DNA of 64,000 nt from Candidatus Micrarchaeota archaeon (GCA_018819225.1 JAHJQN010000004.1:128001-192000); one strand, 5' to 3'; counted from the first letter of the stretch, positions 1-11,095 are shown. Translations and numbers: made by a program. The notes: generated by a model not told the origin, from the sequence alone.

Positions 1-1
1 C

Positions 2-739
2 CGCTTCGGTTTCTCTCCGGCATATCACCATCATGGAGCGATGGTAGGCGGTTTCGCTGAAGGCGCCGCGGCCTACTCGTATCTGTTTTATTCAGGCATG
101 TACAACGCGTTAACCGATGGCACTCCATCCATGAAGAAATCGGCCGTAAACGCCTTGGGATTCGTATCCCAAAAATACGCCGTCGTCGATACTCCCGTTG
201 ATTTTCCAAAATTCCGACAAGTGGAATGCACTCTAGACTATTGCATTTACGAAAATGAACAATTTCAACCCCACCTGCGCCTCGTTCAAAAAGTCGCCGG
301 CGCCACCGGAAGCATTCAAGCCATTTACGAAGGAATCACGAATGACGTTCGAGAAGGCCGTTTAGACTTATTGGATGCTCCCATCGTTCTATCGGATGAA
401 GCATTGGAGGATTACAGTGGTCAGGCCATGCTTCAAATGCAAATCATCGAGAAAAGGCCGGGATTCGTGCATGTGCGAATTCAAGGAGCCACGGATCAAA
501 ACAAGGGGTATTTGGTTTTATCCGACGCGTACTATCCGAAATGGAAGGGGTACGTAAATGGAGTGCGAACACCCGTATATCAAGGCATTCCGACCGTGAT
601 GGTTTTACCGATTGACAATGGAGACGTCATACTCAAATATGAACTGGGACTAATGGGATGGATGGCCGGCATAATGTCCGTGCTCGCCATGATGACGCTC
701 ATCGGTCTCCTGGTTTACGGACACGCATCCAAACAATAA
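2..739 (+). CDS. YfhO-like membrane glycosylation protein, C-terminal part (5'-truncated by window edge)
   Basis: Frame open from position 2; motif GYLVLSDAYYPKWKGYVNG and C-terminal TM helix typical of YfhO-family C-termini. Confidence 0.6.
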   Translation, partial: RFGFSPAYHHHGAMVGGFAEGAAAYSYLFYSGMYNALTDGTPSMKKSAVNALGFVSQKYAVVDTPVDFPKFRQVECTLDYCIYENEQFQPHLRLVQKVAGATGSIQAIYEGITNDVREGRLDLLDAPIVLSDEALEDYSGQAMLQMQIIEKRPGFVHVRIQGATDQNKGYLVLSDAYYPKWKGYVNGVRTPVYQGIPTVMVLPIDNGDVILKYELGLMGWMAGIMSVLAMMTLIGLLVYGHASKQ

Positions 740-757
740 ACCAAGGACGTTACGCGC

Positions 758-2944
758 TTAGTCCAGGAAATCCTTCGCGGTAGGAACGATTTCTGAATCG
801 CCTTTGCGCTTACGGATTTGTTGCACAATCTTGGATTGCAAATCACGCGGCAATTTCTCATACCCCGCGTACTCGTAATACCAAACCGCCCGCCCTTGAG
901 TTGCTCCGCGAATCTCATTGGCAAATCCAAACATTTCGGAAACAGGTACTTTGGCTACCACGGCAACGGCCTCGCCCTCCTGTTCAATATTCGTGACCTG
1001 ACCGCGACGACCTTGAACCTTCAAGGTAATATTGCTCAAGTATTCGGCTGGAGCATTAACAAAGAGGTTTTGCTTGGGTTCCATGAGCACGCAATTGGCA
1101 TGCAACATGCCCGCGTAAATCGGGCGTTTAATGGCCGGGAATAACTGGGCGGGACCACGGTGGGCAGGATCCACGTGAATGGCGGCATCCGTCAACTTGA
1201 CTTTCACGCCCACGCACTTTTCTTTAGCGAGTGGTCCTTGCACCATGGCTTCCTGGAACGCGGTCACAATGGATTCTTGAATGTCTTTAAGATACTGAAC
1301 GCCTTTCGTCATGTCCAGGAATAAATTGCTATTGTGCATGGCAATCACGCTTCGCGCTTCATCGCGCGGCAGACCCGCCTCAATAAGCAATTTTTGAAGT
1401 TCCTTACCCTTTTTCTGAGACGTAATCGTTCCGTCGTTCATGGCATTCAAAACGCCTTCCTCCATGGGTTCCACCATCATCTTGAACTTGTTGTGCTTGT
1501 TCGGAGACTTGCCTTCCAAAATCGGGCCTTTTTCGAACAAGGTTTCATTGTAAACGACGATGGGGGGCGACGTGACGATATCCACTTTCTTTTCATTCCT
1601 GATTTTAAACTCGATGATTTCCAGATGAAGTTCGCCCATACCGGAAATCAAGTGTTCACCCGTGTCCTGATCGATTTCCACGCGCAACGTCGGATCCTCT
1701 TTCGCCAACTTTTTCAGCGAATCAATCAGCCGGACAAGATCCCGCGGATTCTTGGCCTCAATACTTTTAGTGACGACTGGAACGCTGTGGTGTTTGATTT
1801 CCTCAAACGGTATTAATTCCCCTTCCGAAACGGTTTCACCGGAAAAGGCTTCCTTGAGTCCCACCAGCGCCACGATGTTTCCGGCTGGAACCTCATCAAT
1901 CATGATGCGGTCTTGCCCCATGTATACGGCGACTTGTTGCAACTTTTCGTGTTTGAATTGGGAGGCCAAGTAAAGTTCCTGACTCTTGTGAAGGGTACCG
2001 GCATACAATCGACCGACCGCGACCTCTCCGGCATGTGGATCCACTTGAATGGCCGTCACCATGAAACACGCTCTTCCGTTGGCGTCGCACGTCATCATCG
2101 CTTTACCCGATTCACTCTCCAGATCGCCTTTCCAAATAACGGGAATACGATACGTTTGAGCGGTCAACGGATTCGGTAAATGTTGAATCACCACATCCAT
2201 GAGGACTTCTCCAATGGGAAGTTTTTTCTCCAATTCCTTGTGGTTTTCATCCGCACAGGCTTGATAAATGTCTTTAAAGGTCATACCGGACTTTTTCATT
2301 TGCTTGCCGGAAACCGCCCATTTATGAAACGCGGTTCCGAAGACGACGTTGCCCTTCATGACCTCGATTTGCCATACCTCTTTGAATTCCTCAGACGCAT
2401 AATCTTTGATTAACTTGTTAACGCCCATAATCACTTTCATGAATTTGTCCTGCATGCCTTTCGAGTCCAGCTTCAATTCGTTGATCAAGCGATCAATCTT
2501 GTTGATAAATAGAACGGGTTTCACTTTTTCCTTTAATGCCTGCCGTAACACGGTTTCCGTCTGAGGCATAATGCCTTCGACGGCATCAATAACGAGGACG
2601 ACGCCATCCACCGCTCGCATCGCGCGCGTCACATGACCTCCGAAATCCACGTGACCCGGAGTATCAATCAAATTAATGAGATAGTCTTGCCCCTCATACG
2701 CATACGGAATGGAAACGTTAGCGGACTTGATCGTAATACCGCGCGCCTGCTCTTGTTGATCATAATCCAAGGCGCGTTGTTCGCCGGCCAGCTCGGTTGA
2801 AATCATCCCGGCGAGCGCGATTAACGAGTCGCTTAACGTCGTTTTACCATGATCGATATGAGCGACGATGCCCATGTTACGAATGTTCGGCCGATTGCCC
2901 ATCAGTTTGGATACGTCTTGTACAATGGTTTCCTTTCGTGCCAT
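758..2944 (-). CDS. fusA: Translation elongation factor 2 (aEF-2)
   Basis: AHIDHGKTT, RGITI, DTPGHVDF and NKID GTPase motifs; GMGELHLE; diphthamide loop HRGPAQ; ATG at 2944 preceded by GGTGA. Confidence 0.98.
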   Translation of the reverse strand: MARKETIVQDVSKLMGNRPNIRNMGIVAHIDHGKTTLSDSLIALAGMISTELAGEQRALDYDQQEQARGITIKSANVSIPYAYEGQDYLINLIDTPGHVDFGGHVTRAMRAVDGVVLVIDAVEGIMPQTETVLRQALKEKVKPVLFINKIDRLINELKLDSKGMQDKFMKVIMGVNKLIKDYASEEFKEVWQIEVMKGNVVFGTAFHKWAVSGKQMKKSGMTFKDIYQACADENHKELEKKLPIGEVLMDVVIQHLPNPLTAQTYRIPVIWKGDLESESGKAMMTCDANGRACFMVTAIQVDPHAGEVAVGRLYAGTLHKSQELYLASQFKHEKLQQVAVYMGQDRIMIDEVPAGNIVALVGLKEAFSGETVSEGELIPFEEIKHHSVPVVTKSIEAKNPRDLVRLIDSLKKLAKEDPTLRVEIDQDTGEHLISGMGELHLEIIEFKIRNEKKVDIVTSPPIVVYNETLFEKGPILEGKSPNKHNKFKMMVEPMEEGVLNAMNDGTITSQKKGKELQKLLIEAGLPRDEARSVIAMHNSNLFLDMTKGVQYLKDIQESIVTAFQEAMVQGPLAKEKCVGVKVKLTDAAIHVDPAHRGPAQLFPAIKRPIYAGMLHANCVLMEPKQNLFVNAPAEYLSNITLKVQGRRGQVTNIEQEGEAVAVVAKVPVSEMFGFANEIRGATQGRAVWYYEYAGYEKLPRDLQSKIVQQIRKRKGDSEIVPTAKDFLD

Positions 2945-3081
2945 ACCGGTATTCACCATTAATGCATTAATCGAATCAGGCCCCATTCGACCTGCCACTG
3001 TTGTTGCAAGCTTTGAAGAAGCAACCGGAAAACAGGAAATAGGTTAAGCAAATGAAGTTTTTTAAACGTTGGGAGATCCGG

Positions 3082-5736
3082 TTACCGTTTCCCTCGTGCT
3101 AAACGCGCCGTCCCACCGCCTGCTGCACCCAATTTCCTTAATAGATCTAACGCGTTCCGGCCACTCTTTTCATGCGCAGCGCACGTCACGACTCCGTGCT
3201 CATTATATAGGCACGCCGAGAATCCGGGAACCGCCGCAATTTGAAGCGCTACTTTCGTTAGCAGCGCAGAAGGTAACGAAACGCATTGTTCGATGTGAGT
3301 GCTTTGAATGTTTTTCGCTTGGGAAATCAAGCGGTCAGCCAAATGATCGGCAACGTGCCGGTGCACCCGATCCAATTCATTGCCGCGTTGTTTCCATTCA
3401 TCAAAAAAGCGTTTAGACACTTTAGGCAACTCCTCTTTCTGAACGGAAAACGCGGAGGATGCGACATCCAATAACTCTTCATGGGTTTGCACGAGTTCCA
3501 ACGCCTTCAGGCCCGCAACAAATCGAATGCGAATCACGCCATCCTGAACCTGCTCCACGGATTTGATCTTGAAAAAACCGATATCCCCCGTATTGTGAAC
3601 GTGCGTTCCCCCACAGCACTGCACATCAAAATCCTTCACGTCAATGACGCGAACCGTTTTCCCGATGGCTCCAGCCCCAGTGTATAAACGAAAACCGTAT
3701 TTTCGTTCCGCTTCGCCGCGTTCCAAATCATAATGCGTGACGGGAATGCGTTTCAAAATCGTTTCATTAACGAGCAATTCAATGGCGCGAACCTGTTCGC
3801 GCGAGGGTTTTTCATAGTGGGTGATATCCAAATGGGCTTCATGCGTGTCTTTTCGTGCGCCCGCCTGCCAGACGTGACTTCCCAAAATGCGCATGCAGGC
3901 TTGCAGAAGCAAATGCGTGGACGTATGATGACGCATGATGGTGCGGCGACGCGTTTCATTGACCGCTCCCTGCACGGACTTGCCTACGGCGAACGCATTT
4001 GGTTTATCCACGTAATGCAGGATAATGTCATCCACTTTTTCCACGCGGATAACCCGCGCATTTCCAAGCTCTCCGGTATCATAGACTTGTCCGCCGCCTT
4101 CCGGATAAAACGCGGTGGCTTCCAAAACAATCGCGTCCCCGAATATCGCAAGGACTTTGCTTTTGAAGACCATGGGATCGGATTCGTCATAATAGAGCAT
4201 CCGCGTTTTAGGCAGGGATTGAAAGCGCGGGTCCTCCATGAGACCGTGCCTCTTTTTCGACCCCTTATCCATGACGTGCTTTTCCGTTAGCTTATGATAA
4301 AAATCCGTAGGCACATGCATTACAGATCCGGATTGACGGGCCACCCGCTCGATGATTTCGGGCGTCAAGCCATGCGATTCGTATAAAAGCATCATACGCT
4401 CCGAAGAAATGGAACCCGCTTTAATGATATCCGTTGCGAGCTTCGTCGCTTTATGAGTGGTCTCGTCAAACTTGCGTTTTTCAACGTCCAGAATTTTTCG
4501 AGCCGTAACCAAATTTTCCGAGAGCTCGGGAAACACGTCGCGGTATTCGCGAGCTTGCTTCTCCATGATATCATACAACTCAAATTGAAATTCGTTGTTT
4601 TCAATGAACGAAAATGCGCGGCGGGCTAAAACGCGCAAATTATAGCCGCCTGCGCTATTGGATGGAAGCGCGCCATCCGATAAGGCAAACAACAACGCGC
4701 GTGAATGATCGGCTATGGCGTAAATATTTTGGAGCGGCAACACCGTCTTCTCAAGCTCCGTTAAAGAAACCCCCAAATCCTTCGCAATACGCTGCTTTTC
4801 TTCTTTAACGCTTTTGACTTCCTCGACATTGAGTTTAGCCGCCAGTTTGGAATATCGTCTAAACAAATCATCGTGTCCTGAAAGTCCGACTTGCTTTTTC
4901 ATGAAAGCTATTTCGCGGGGAAAAACCGAGTCATAAACGGATGGAGTGCCATTGTAAAACCAAAGCAACCGCTCGAACCCCCATCCGACATCAATGACCT
5001 TCAACGGAAGTTCCTCTTGTTTTCCGTTACTCCACCGATAATTCATGAACACGGAGTTCACCAACTCGAGGCCGCCGGAAAAGCTTTCCATGGACGGGCC
5101 ATACGCTGAAAAGTCGGGCATCGCCCACAAATCCTCAACGTAGGTAATTTCATTCTTAGGAATCTTGAGAACCTGCGTCAGTAAATTATAGTTATGTTGA
5201 ATGCACTCATCCATCCAATATCCGTCTTTTTTTCCTTTGGATTGGAATGCGTGCTGGCCGGCCATCGTAAAACAACTCAAGTGGCGACCGGTCACACCGA
5301 CATTGGCAATGTCCACAAATCGGAGGCATATTTGAGGAACCATCAAGGGATTTGCGGGATATTCGAATACCACCTTGCCGCGTTCCAAGCGCTGAAAATC
5401 AACGATGCTGGCAATCGTAAAATACAAGTCATCACGCCACCTGGAAATCACGGGATAACGGGGTATGACTTCATGCCCGGCTTTCTTCCAGAACGAGGCA
5501 AACTTCTTCCAGAATGCAGCGTAATCCAGTTGTTCGCCCTCCCGGCGCTTTCCTATAAATGAATAAGGGTTATGACTGGAATCCCCGCAATTGGACTCTT
5601 CAGAGGTACTCCAGAAAGCATGCCCGCACGTGCGGCACATTTTGCGCGAGAATTCGTTTTTCTTGAACAACTCCACGGAGTAATAGCGAGAAGAATCCTT
5701 CGCGAAAGCTTCGGAAAGCCCTAATTTAGTTGGCAT
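3082..5736 (-). CDS. alaS: Alanine--tRNA ligase (archaeal type)
   Basis: N-terminal CxxC..FWS..CGD, RWRDDLYFTIASIVDFQ, IDVGWGFERL, IADHSR, TAFYPEGGGQ, editing HHTSTH and CGGTH motifs. Confidence 0.97.
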   Translation of the reverse strand: MPTKLGLSEAFAKDSSRYYSVELFKKNEFSRKMCRTCGHAFWSTSEESNCGDSSHNPYSFIGKRREGEQLDYAAFWKKFASFWKKAGHEVIPRYPVISRWRDDLYFTIASIVDFQRLERGKVVFEYPANPLMVPQICLRFVDIANVGVTGRHLSCFTMAGQHAFQSKGKKDGYWMDECIQHNYNLLTQVLKIPKNEITYVEDLWAMPDFSAYGPSMESFSGGLELVNSVFMNYRWSNGKQEELPLKVIDVGWGFERLLWFYNGTPSVYDSVFPREIAFMKKQVGLSGHDDLFRRYSKLAAKLNVEEVKSVKEEKQRIAKDLGVSLTELEKTVLPLQNIYAIADHSRALLFALSDGALPSNSAGGYNLRVLARRAFSFIENNEFQFELYDIMEKQAREYRDVFPELSENLVTARKILDVEKRKFDETTHKATKLATDIIKAGSISSERMMLLYESHGLTPEIIERVARQSGSVMHVPTDFYHKLTEKHVMDKGSKKRHGLMEDPRFQSLPKTRMLYYDESDPMVFKSKVLAIFGDAIVLEATAFYPEGGGQVYDTGELGNARVIRVEKVDDIILHYVDKPNAFAVGKSVQGAVNETRRRTIMRHHTSTHLLLQACMRILGSHVWQAGARKDTHEAHLDITHYEKPSREQVRAIELLVNETILKRIPVTHYDLERGEAERKYGFRLYTGAGAIGKTVRVIDVKDFDVQCCGGTHVHNTGDIGFFKIKSVEQVQDGVIRIRFVAGLKALELVQTHEELLDVASSAFSVQKEELPKVSKRFFDEWKQRGNELDRVHRHVADHLADRLISQAKNIQSTHIEQCVSLPSALLTKVALQIAAVPGFSACLYNEHGVVTCAAHEKSGRNALDLLRKLGAAGGGTARLARGKR

Positions 5737-5800
5737 AGGCCCATTAATCATCATGGGAATCCATTTAAGAGTTTGTGCTGAACTTCCTGTAGGTGAAAAT

Positions 5801-6505
5801 ATGCCTCAACAGAATCCTGAACGGGAAATAACCGGAAGAAGAGAGTACGAACCCGTTTACCGCGCATTGCATTCCGTCTATTTGGAGGAACAAAGATTGA
5901 GGAGAACCGTCCGCGATGATCCAAGGAAATCCATTTCAAGCATGTGGTCGGCAATTAATGCGGCATTCAAACCTCTTGAGAAAAGACATGGCAAAATCAT
6001 TCTGCCCATCCGCTCGCAACTATTTCATTTCGAAGAACGTCCACCTAATAACCAAGTTCTTTTTGATTATGAACAACCATTGCATGGCATTGAAAAAAAT
6101 GAGTCCATTGACCCGGAATACGGATTGCGCTTGGCGCGGGGTATTGCGGAAATCGGGGCGTGGATGGCCATGTCACGCATCCGAGCATCTTCCCCTAAAG
6201 TGGGAACTGCAAAAGGAATGAAAGGCAAACAAGTGGGGCAAATAAAGAAAATAACGCGAGAAGACCCGTTAAGCATCATTTCACAAATCCGGGATTTAGT
6301 GGAAAGAAGAAAGCACGGAAGCCGTTTTGATGCCATGGTTGCAATGGCCCGGCACCAAATCAATCAGCACGAAGGAAGATCGGGACCCGAAAGAATCCAT
6401 TCGGTAAGAATGAGCCCTTACGAGCCTACCTTCGCGTCCACGGGATATCGCAAAGTATTGGATTTCGTTCGTGAAATAAAAAAACCTGGAAAAAAGGATA
6501 GGTAA
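5801..6505 (+). CDS. Hypothetical basic (Arg/Lys-rich) protein
   Basis: Long ORF filling the gap; AGGTGA SD before ATG 5801; no recognisable motif. Confidence 0.7.
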   Translation: MPQQNPEREITGRREYEPVYRALHSVYLEEQRLRRTVRDDPRKSISSMWSAINAAFKPLEKRHGKIILPIRSQLFHFEERPPNNQVLFDYEQPLHGIEKNESIDPEYGLRLARGIAEIGAWMAMSRIRASSPKVGTAKGMKGKQVGQIKKITREDPLSIISQIRDLVERRKHGSRFDAMVAMARHQINQHEGRSGPERIHSVRMSPYEPTFASTGYRKVLDFVREIKKPGKKDR

Positions 6506-6515
6506 CGCTTACCGG

Positions 6516-7646
6516 CTATTTCAAAATGAAGTCCATGTCGCCACGTTTCTCGAATACGCGATTCAATTGAAGCGTGTTTCCGATCTGCAAAGCGAAGTCG
6601 GTTAAAGACGAATTGAATAATCGGTAGGTGCGATGCAGACCATAATGAACGTCCAATATGCGTCCGTGTTGTGCCCTCCAACACGACTCGTACTCCAGCG
6701 TCTCCTTTTCGTTGGAAAGAAAAGCCGTCGCTTCCTCCGCAAGGGCGCGTGCACATTTACTGCCAAAAATGACCCCGCCTCCGGTTGTCGCCTTGACTTG
6801 ACCGGCCGCATCCCCAACCAATAACCCATAGGCTTTCCCGAAGCGCTTCTGGGTTTGCTTGCGGTACCTCAACGGGATCGTGTAATGGAAATCGAACGTT
6901 TTCCTAGCCCCTTCTATTTGGTCGGCAATCGCCGGATGGGAAAAGACGGCTTTCCGAGCCTTATGAATTTGGGCCATGTCAGTTGTTGCGACGCCGACGC
7001 GAATGCGTTCCTCATTGACGGGTATGGTCCATGCAAAAAAATGCTTGTACGCGTCCGTATCCAACAGTACGTCGACCATTTCCCGATCCGGTACGTTAGC
7101 ATTTTCAAATTCGGCCTGATACGAGAGCACGAGATCGCTGGTTTTAAACGGAGGCAACTGCCATTTTTTAGCTGCAAGGGAACCGACGCCATCGGCTGCA
7201 ATCATTACCTTTGAAGAAAACGTGCCGTGGGTTGTAAGCGCTTTCATTGAACCATTGGAGGAGTAGTCGGTGACGCGATGGTTGAGTAACAAGTGCGCGC
7301 CCGATGAAACGGCTTGATCCGCGCAAAGCTCGTCGAATTGCTGCCGGTCCAGCACCACTCCTTTGACCGAAGAGGATTTGATCCGCATTTCTTTTTTTCG
7401 CGATAAAATTCGGGCACCCTTTACCTCGTTCAGCAGAATGCGCCGGTAGGGAACGCCGGTCTGGTCCATGCCTTCCTTTGAAAAGATGCCTCCACAGCGA
7501 TTAAACTTACCGGCTTTTGCATCCTCTTCCAAAAGAGTCACGTCCAAGCCCTTATCCGATACGTATTTAGCGGACAATGAACCGACGGCTGACGCGCCAA
7601 TAACCACTACGTTTTTATTCCTTGGATCCATAGTAAGCGTTTCCAT
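6516..7646 (-). CDS. Geranylgeranyl reductase family FAD-dependent oxidoreductase
   Basis: Degenerate Rossmann VVVIGASAVG, CGG, LDRxxFD, IAADG, WxIP, LVGDAAGQVKATTGGG. Confidence 0.9.
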   Translation of the reverse strand: METLTMDPRNKNVVVIGASAVGSLSAKYVSDKGLDVTLLEEDAKAGKFNRCGGIFSKEGMDQTGVPYRRILLNEVKGARILSRKKEMRIKSSSVKGVVLDRQQFDELCADQAVSSGAHLLLNHRVTDYSSNGSMKALTTHGTFSSKVMIAADGVGSLAAKKWQLPPFKTSDLVLSYQAEFENANVPDREMVDVLLDTDAYKHFFAWTIPVNEERIRVGVATTDMAQIHKARKAVFSHPAIADQIEGARKTFDFHYTIPLRYRKQTQKRFGKAYGLLVGDAAGQVKATTGGGVIFGSKCARALAEEATAFLSNEKETLEYESCWRAQHGRILDVHYGLHRTYRLFNSSLTDFALQIGNTLQLNRVFEKRGDMDFILK

Positions 7647-7665
7647 TAAGAAGTGTTAAAACAAT

Positions 7666-7980
7666 ATGGTTGAACCCGTTCTCGTGATTCAAGGCATTAT
7701 AGGGGGAATCCTCTTCTTTCTTACGGGATACGTTTTGTCGCTCGTTTTCTTTAAAGAAGGAGAAATCGATAACGTGGAACGCGTCGTGTACAGTATTACA
7801 TTCAGTATTCTAATTCCCGCCATAGCGGTTTTTGTGCTTAACATTCTTTTGAGGATCCCCATTTTTACAACGGAAGGCGTGTATGCGGTATTCATCGTAT
7901 TGAGCGCTGGATCGATAGGATACTTGCATTCCAAGAATCGGAATCCCTTTACTATGCAGCGTAAATACGGAAAACGTTGA
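7666..7980 (+). CDS. Small membrane protein (DUF1616-like N-terminus)
   Basis: Three TM helices, motif GYxLSLVFF..EIDxVERxxYS. Confidence 0.65.
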   Translation: MVEPVLVIQGIIGGILFFLTGYVLSLVFFKEGEIDNVERVVYSITFSILIPAIAVFVLNILLRIPIFTTEGVYAVFIVLSAGSIGYLHSKNRNPFTMQRKYGKR

Positions 7981-8828
7981 TGACCATGCGGTTGGGATCC
8001 ATTCTCGTACTGTACTCTTTTCTTAACGTCCAGTTGTTTGCGCTCATTGTCGGAGTTCTATTTATAGTAAGTAATACTCAACCCATTAATAGCGACCCCT
8101 CTGCTGTAGAAAATTCATTTTCGTTCATGGCGTACATTATTGTGGCGGCCATAGCGATTCTAATTGTTCTGAAATACTACAAGGGAAAAATGTTGTTTTA
8201 TATCCTGGAATTAGCGCTCGTATTCATTACGAGTTGGACGTTCTTCTCATTATTTCTGAATGAATCGTATGGGTTGGGACTCGCGATCGTTGCCGTGATT
8301 GCGCGCCTCTTGTTTAAACAGCATCGAAACATTTTCCTTTTATTCTCCTCGTCCGTCATTGGAGCACTCCTTGGGATTTCGTTCGATATTCTCCCGGCGG
8401 CCGTGTTTGCGATACTGCTTTCCGTATACGATTATGCGGCCGTGTTCTTGACCAAACACATGATAACCCTTGCTGAAGGATTGCGATCCCGTGAAGCCTC
8501 TTTCAGCATCTCGTTCCCCAGTCACGCTCCATCGAAAAGCAAACAGCGTCTTTCCCAAACGCCGAAAAAAGGATATCGTGCCGTGAAAGTCGAGTCCATT
8601 GAATTGGGAACCGGTGATTTGGTGATTCCGGCCATGCTGATCGTGTCGGCCTTGAAGCTATCCCTTGTTCACGCGTTTATCACGCTTCTGGGGAGCGTGG
8701 CGGGCATCACGTTGCTCTTCTACTATATTGAAAAACGGAAGGGATACTGGCCGGCATTACCCCCCATCGTCGGCTTATCGCTCGCGTTCTTGCTCGTTTA
8801 CATGGGAGTCCTCTGGTTCATGGGATGA
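7980..8828 (+). CDS. Presenilin-family (A22) intramembrane aspartyl protease
   Basis: YD (SVYDY), GxGD (LGTGDL) and PAL (WPALP) motifs in a multi-TM protein. Confidence 0.92.
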   Translation: MTMRLGSILVLYSFLNVQLFALIVGVLFIVSNTQPINSDPSAVENSFSFMAYIIVAAIAILIVLKYYKGKMLFYILELALVFITSWTFFSLFLNESYGLGLAIVAVIARLLFKQHRNIFLLFSSSVIGALLGISFDILPAAVFAILLSVYDYAAVFLTKHMITLAEGLRSREASFSISFPSHAPSKSKQRLSQTPKKGYRAVKVESIELGTGDLVIPAMLIVSALKLSLVHAFITLLGSVAGITLLFYYIEKRKGYWPALPPIVGLSLAFLLVYMGVLWFMG

Positions 8829-8846
8829 AGTGAAGGAAAAAAAGCG

Positions 8847-9659
8847 TCATCCCTTCAGGGCTTTTCGGAACGCGAACGGAATGGCATCCACCAAATCATC
8901 CGCGTTATACGCAATATCCATTTTTTTCTTAAGCAGGTCCCCCGCATAGCCGTTCAAATAACAGGCCGCTTTTGCCGCAAGAAACGCTTGATTATGGCAG
9001 AAAAAGGCCGCCGCCAAACCCGATAAGGAATCGCCGGTTCCACCTTTGGTCATGCCGACATTTCCCGTCACGTTTCGAAACAATTGTTTTCCGTCGGATA
9101 CCAAGTCGTAGGTTCCTTTCAAGACAATCGTGCAATCGTATTCGCGTGCTTTTTGAATCACATGAAGGGGTGAAGGAGGAACTCCAAATAATGAATAAAA
9201 CTCGTTGGTATTCGGCGTGAGGATCATATTGTTGCGGAGTTCCTGAAGCTTCACCATACGCAACGCCCCCGCATCCAACACCATGCGGGTTCGCGGATAG
9301 GATTTCAATAGGGCATGCAGACGGCTCCGGCATTCTCCCGTGGTCAATACCCCATTGCCGATCAGTACACATTCGCTTCGTTTTATCGCCTCCGGCAGCT
9401 TTCGTTCATCCACGGCAATAAACGCGCATAAACGGGGTTTTAAGAACCGGATCAATTCAGCATTATCCCGCTCGATGGAATGAAAGTACACCAAATCCAC
9501 GAATCGCGAGGCCGCTTTCATGGCAAGCAAGGGGGCTCCGTGATACGTCTTGGACCCTCCAATCACGGTCATCACGCCGTTCTGACCTTTGTGACTGTCC
9601 GCCTTATAGGTATGAAGCTCTTTCAATATGCTACGGGAAATCAGTTGCGAAGAGATCAT
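8847..9659 (-). CDS. nnrD: NAD(P)H-hydrate dehydratase (YjeF C-terminal)
   Basis: SHKGQNG, GGSxxYxGA, VLDAGAL, ILTPN, GGTGDxLSG. Confidence 0.92.
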   Translation of the reverse strand: MISSQLISRSILKELHTYKADSHKGQNGVMTVIGGSKTYHGAPLLAMKAASRFVDLVYFHSIERDNAELIRFLKPRLCAFIAVDERKLPEAIKRSECVLIGNGVLTTGECRSRLHALLKSYPRTRMVLDAGALRMVKLQELRNNMILTPNTNEFYSLFGVPPSPLHVIQKAREYDCTIVLKGTYDLVSDGKQLFRNVTGNVGMTKGGTGDSLSGLAAAFFCHNQAFLAAKAACYLNGYAGDLLKKKMDIAYNADDLVDAIPFAFRKALKG

Positions 9660-9699
9660 AACAACACGATTGAATGGTAGAGATAGTGTACGATACTAA

Positions 9700-10941
9700 T
9701 TAAAAGTCAAACGCAATAGGATCCGAAGAAAGAGTTTCAAGATCCTTTTTTAATTGTTGGATCAGCCGGTTTCGCGATTCCGCCGCAGCCTCTTGCTTCG
9801 ATTTCATCAAAGAATATTGTTTTTGAAGATGACCGCGTTCCCATTCTTGGGATCGTTGAACCGATTGTTCTCCTTCCAAATCAAGACGTCGGCGCTCGAG
9901 ATCGGCTAACTGCTTATCTATCTCTTGCGTGCGTCGGAACGGTTTATCCACACCGCCTTCCAAAATTCGGCGAATAACCTGCCGGGCTTTCGCGTTCTGT
10001 TTTTCGTCGGATTCAAGATCACCTTTCTTTAATGATTTTTCGATTTCCGTACACAATTTTAATAAATGAGGATGGCCAGGCGATTCCGCACTTAATGCGT
10101 CCCACGCATTTTCAGAATAATCACGCGCCGTGCGAGCCGTATCCTTTTCCAAACAAACGCGCCCAAATTTGCGGAATAATCGTTGCAACGACGTAATCAG
10201 GGAGAGCGCTTCGGATTTGGCGAGGGATCCAGACGATTGCACGTTAGAGATTTGGGAACGGATATCGCGCAATACCGGTTCAAGCCGTCTAACCTCGGCC
10301 GATGATTCAACGGGCATATTATCAATGGACTGCAATAATTCCGTTAACCGTTTTTCACTTTCCTGAATTTCGCGCTCGGATTCAGCCATTCGTTTCATGG
10401 AATCTTGAATGCGATCAATGCGCTGGATGCGCGGACGAAGGCCGTCCAACCACCTACCCAATGCATCGGTTTTCTTAACCAATTCTTTTAACACGAGACC
10501 CATATTCTCAAAGTCTTCTCGATACATGGCAATCAAGTACCGGTTATCGGATGCGATCTTGTTCAAGTTTTGAAGTTGTTCAAGAACCGACCGTTGAAAC
10601 GCATCCACGTCGTGATAATCCGTTCGAGGAGGCACCCGAATTTCTTGGGCCTGGGAAACCCGTTTCAAATAATTTGTTTTCATTTGTTTCGCGATGCGAT
10701 GGAATGCAATGTTATCGGATTCCAAGGGCTTTTGAAAAAGGGAGCCCATGATCTCTTGCAAGTGTTTGAAATCGGACTGAATGCCGTCCATGAGCCGCTG
10801 GGCGTCTGAAAGCGTGGGTTGAAGGGACTTTTCCTTTAGTTGGTTGACGAACGAGTCGACATCGGTCCAGGACAGATGAATGGGTTCACGCGGCGGTTCA
10901 GGTGCCTTCTGTTTACGAAATAAGCGATTGAAAAGACCCAT
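9700..10941 (-). CDS. Coiled-coil hypothetical protein
   Basis: 413 aa, heptad-rich; amphipathic N-terminus MGLFNRLFRK. Confidence 0.75.
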   Translation of the reverse strand: MGLFNRLFRKQKAPEPPREPIHLSWTDVDSFVNQLKEKSLQPTLSDAQRLMDGIQSDFKHLQEIMGSLFQKPLESDNIAFHRIAKQMKTNYLKRVSQAQEIRVPPRTDYHDVDAFQRSVLEQLQNLNKIASDNRYLIAMYREDFENMGLVLKELVKKTDALGRWLDGLRPRIQRIDRIQDSMKRMAESEREIQESEKRLTELLQSIDNMPVESSAEVRRLEPVLRDIRSQISNVQSSGSLAKSEALSLITSLQRLFRKFGRVCLEKDTARTARDYSENAWDALSAESPGHPHLLKLCTEIEKSLKKGDLESDEKQNAKARQVIRRILEGGVDKPFRRTQEIDKQLADLERRRLDLEGEQSVQRSQEWERGHLQKQYSLMKSKQEAAAESRNRLIQQLKKDLETLSSDPIAFDF

Positions 10942-11095
10942 GACTGTTTCCTATCGCGCGGAACGCTAATAAATCCGCGGTTTTACATTCAAATGAAAAC
11001 CCGTTCGAGAACGTTGGTTTATTATTCGCTCACTAAAACCCATGTTTTTTATTCCTTAGGTTCGTATGGATTTGCGCACGAGGTAGAATCATCCC

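Noticed and set aside
1150-1190. Diphthamide-less EF-2 paralog
   Set aside because: The target His in HRGPAQ is intact
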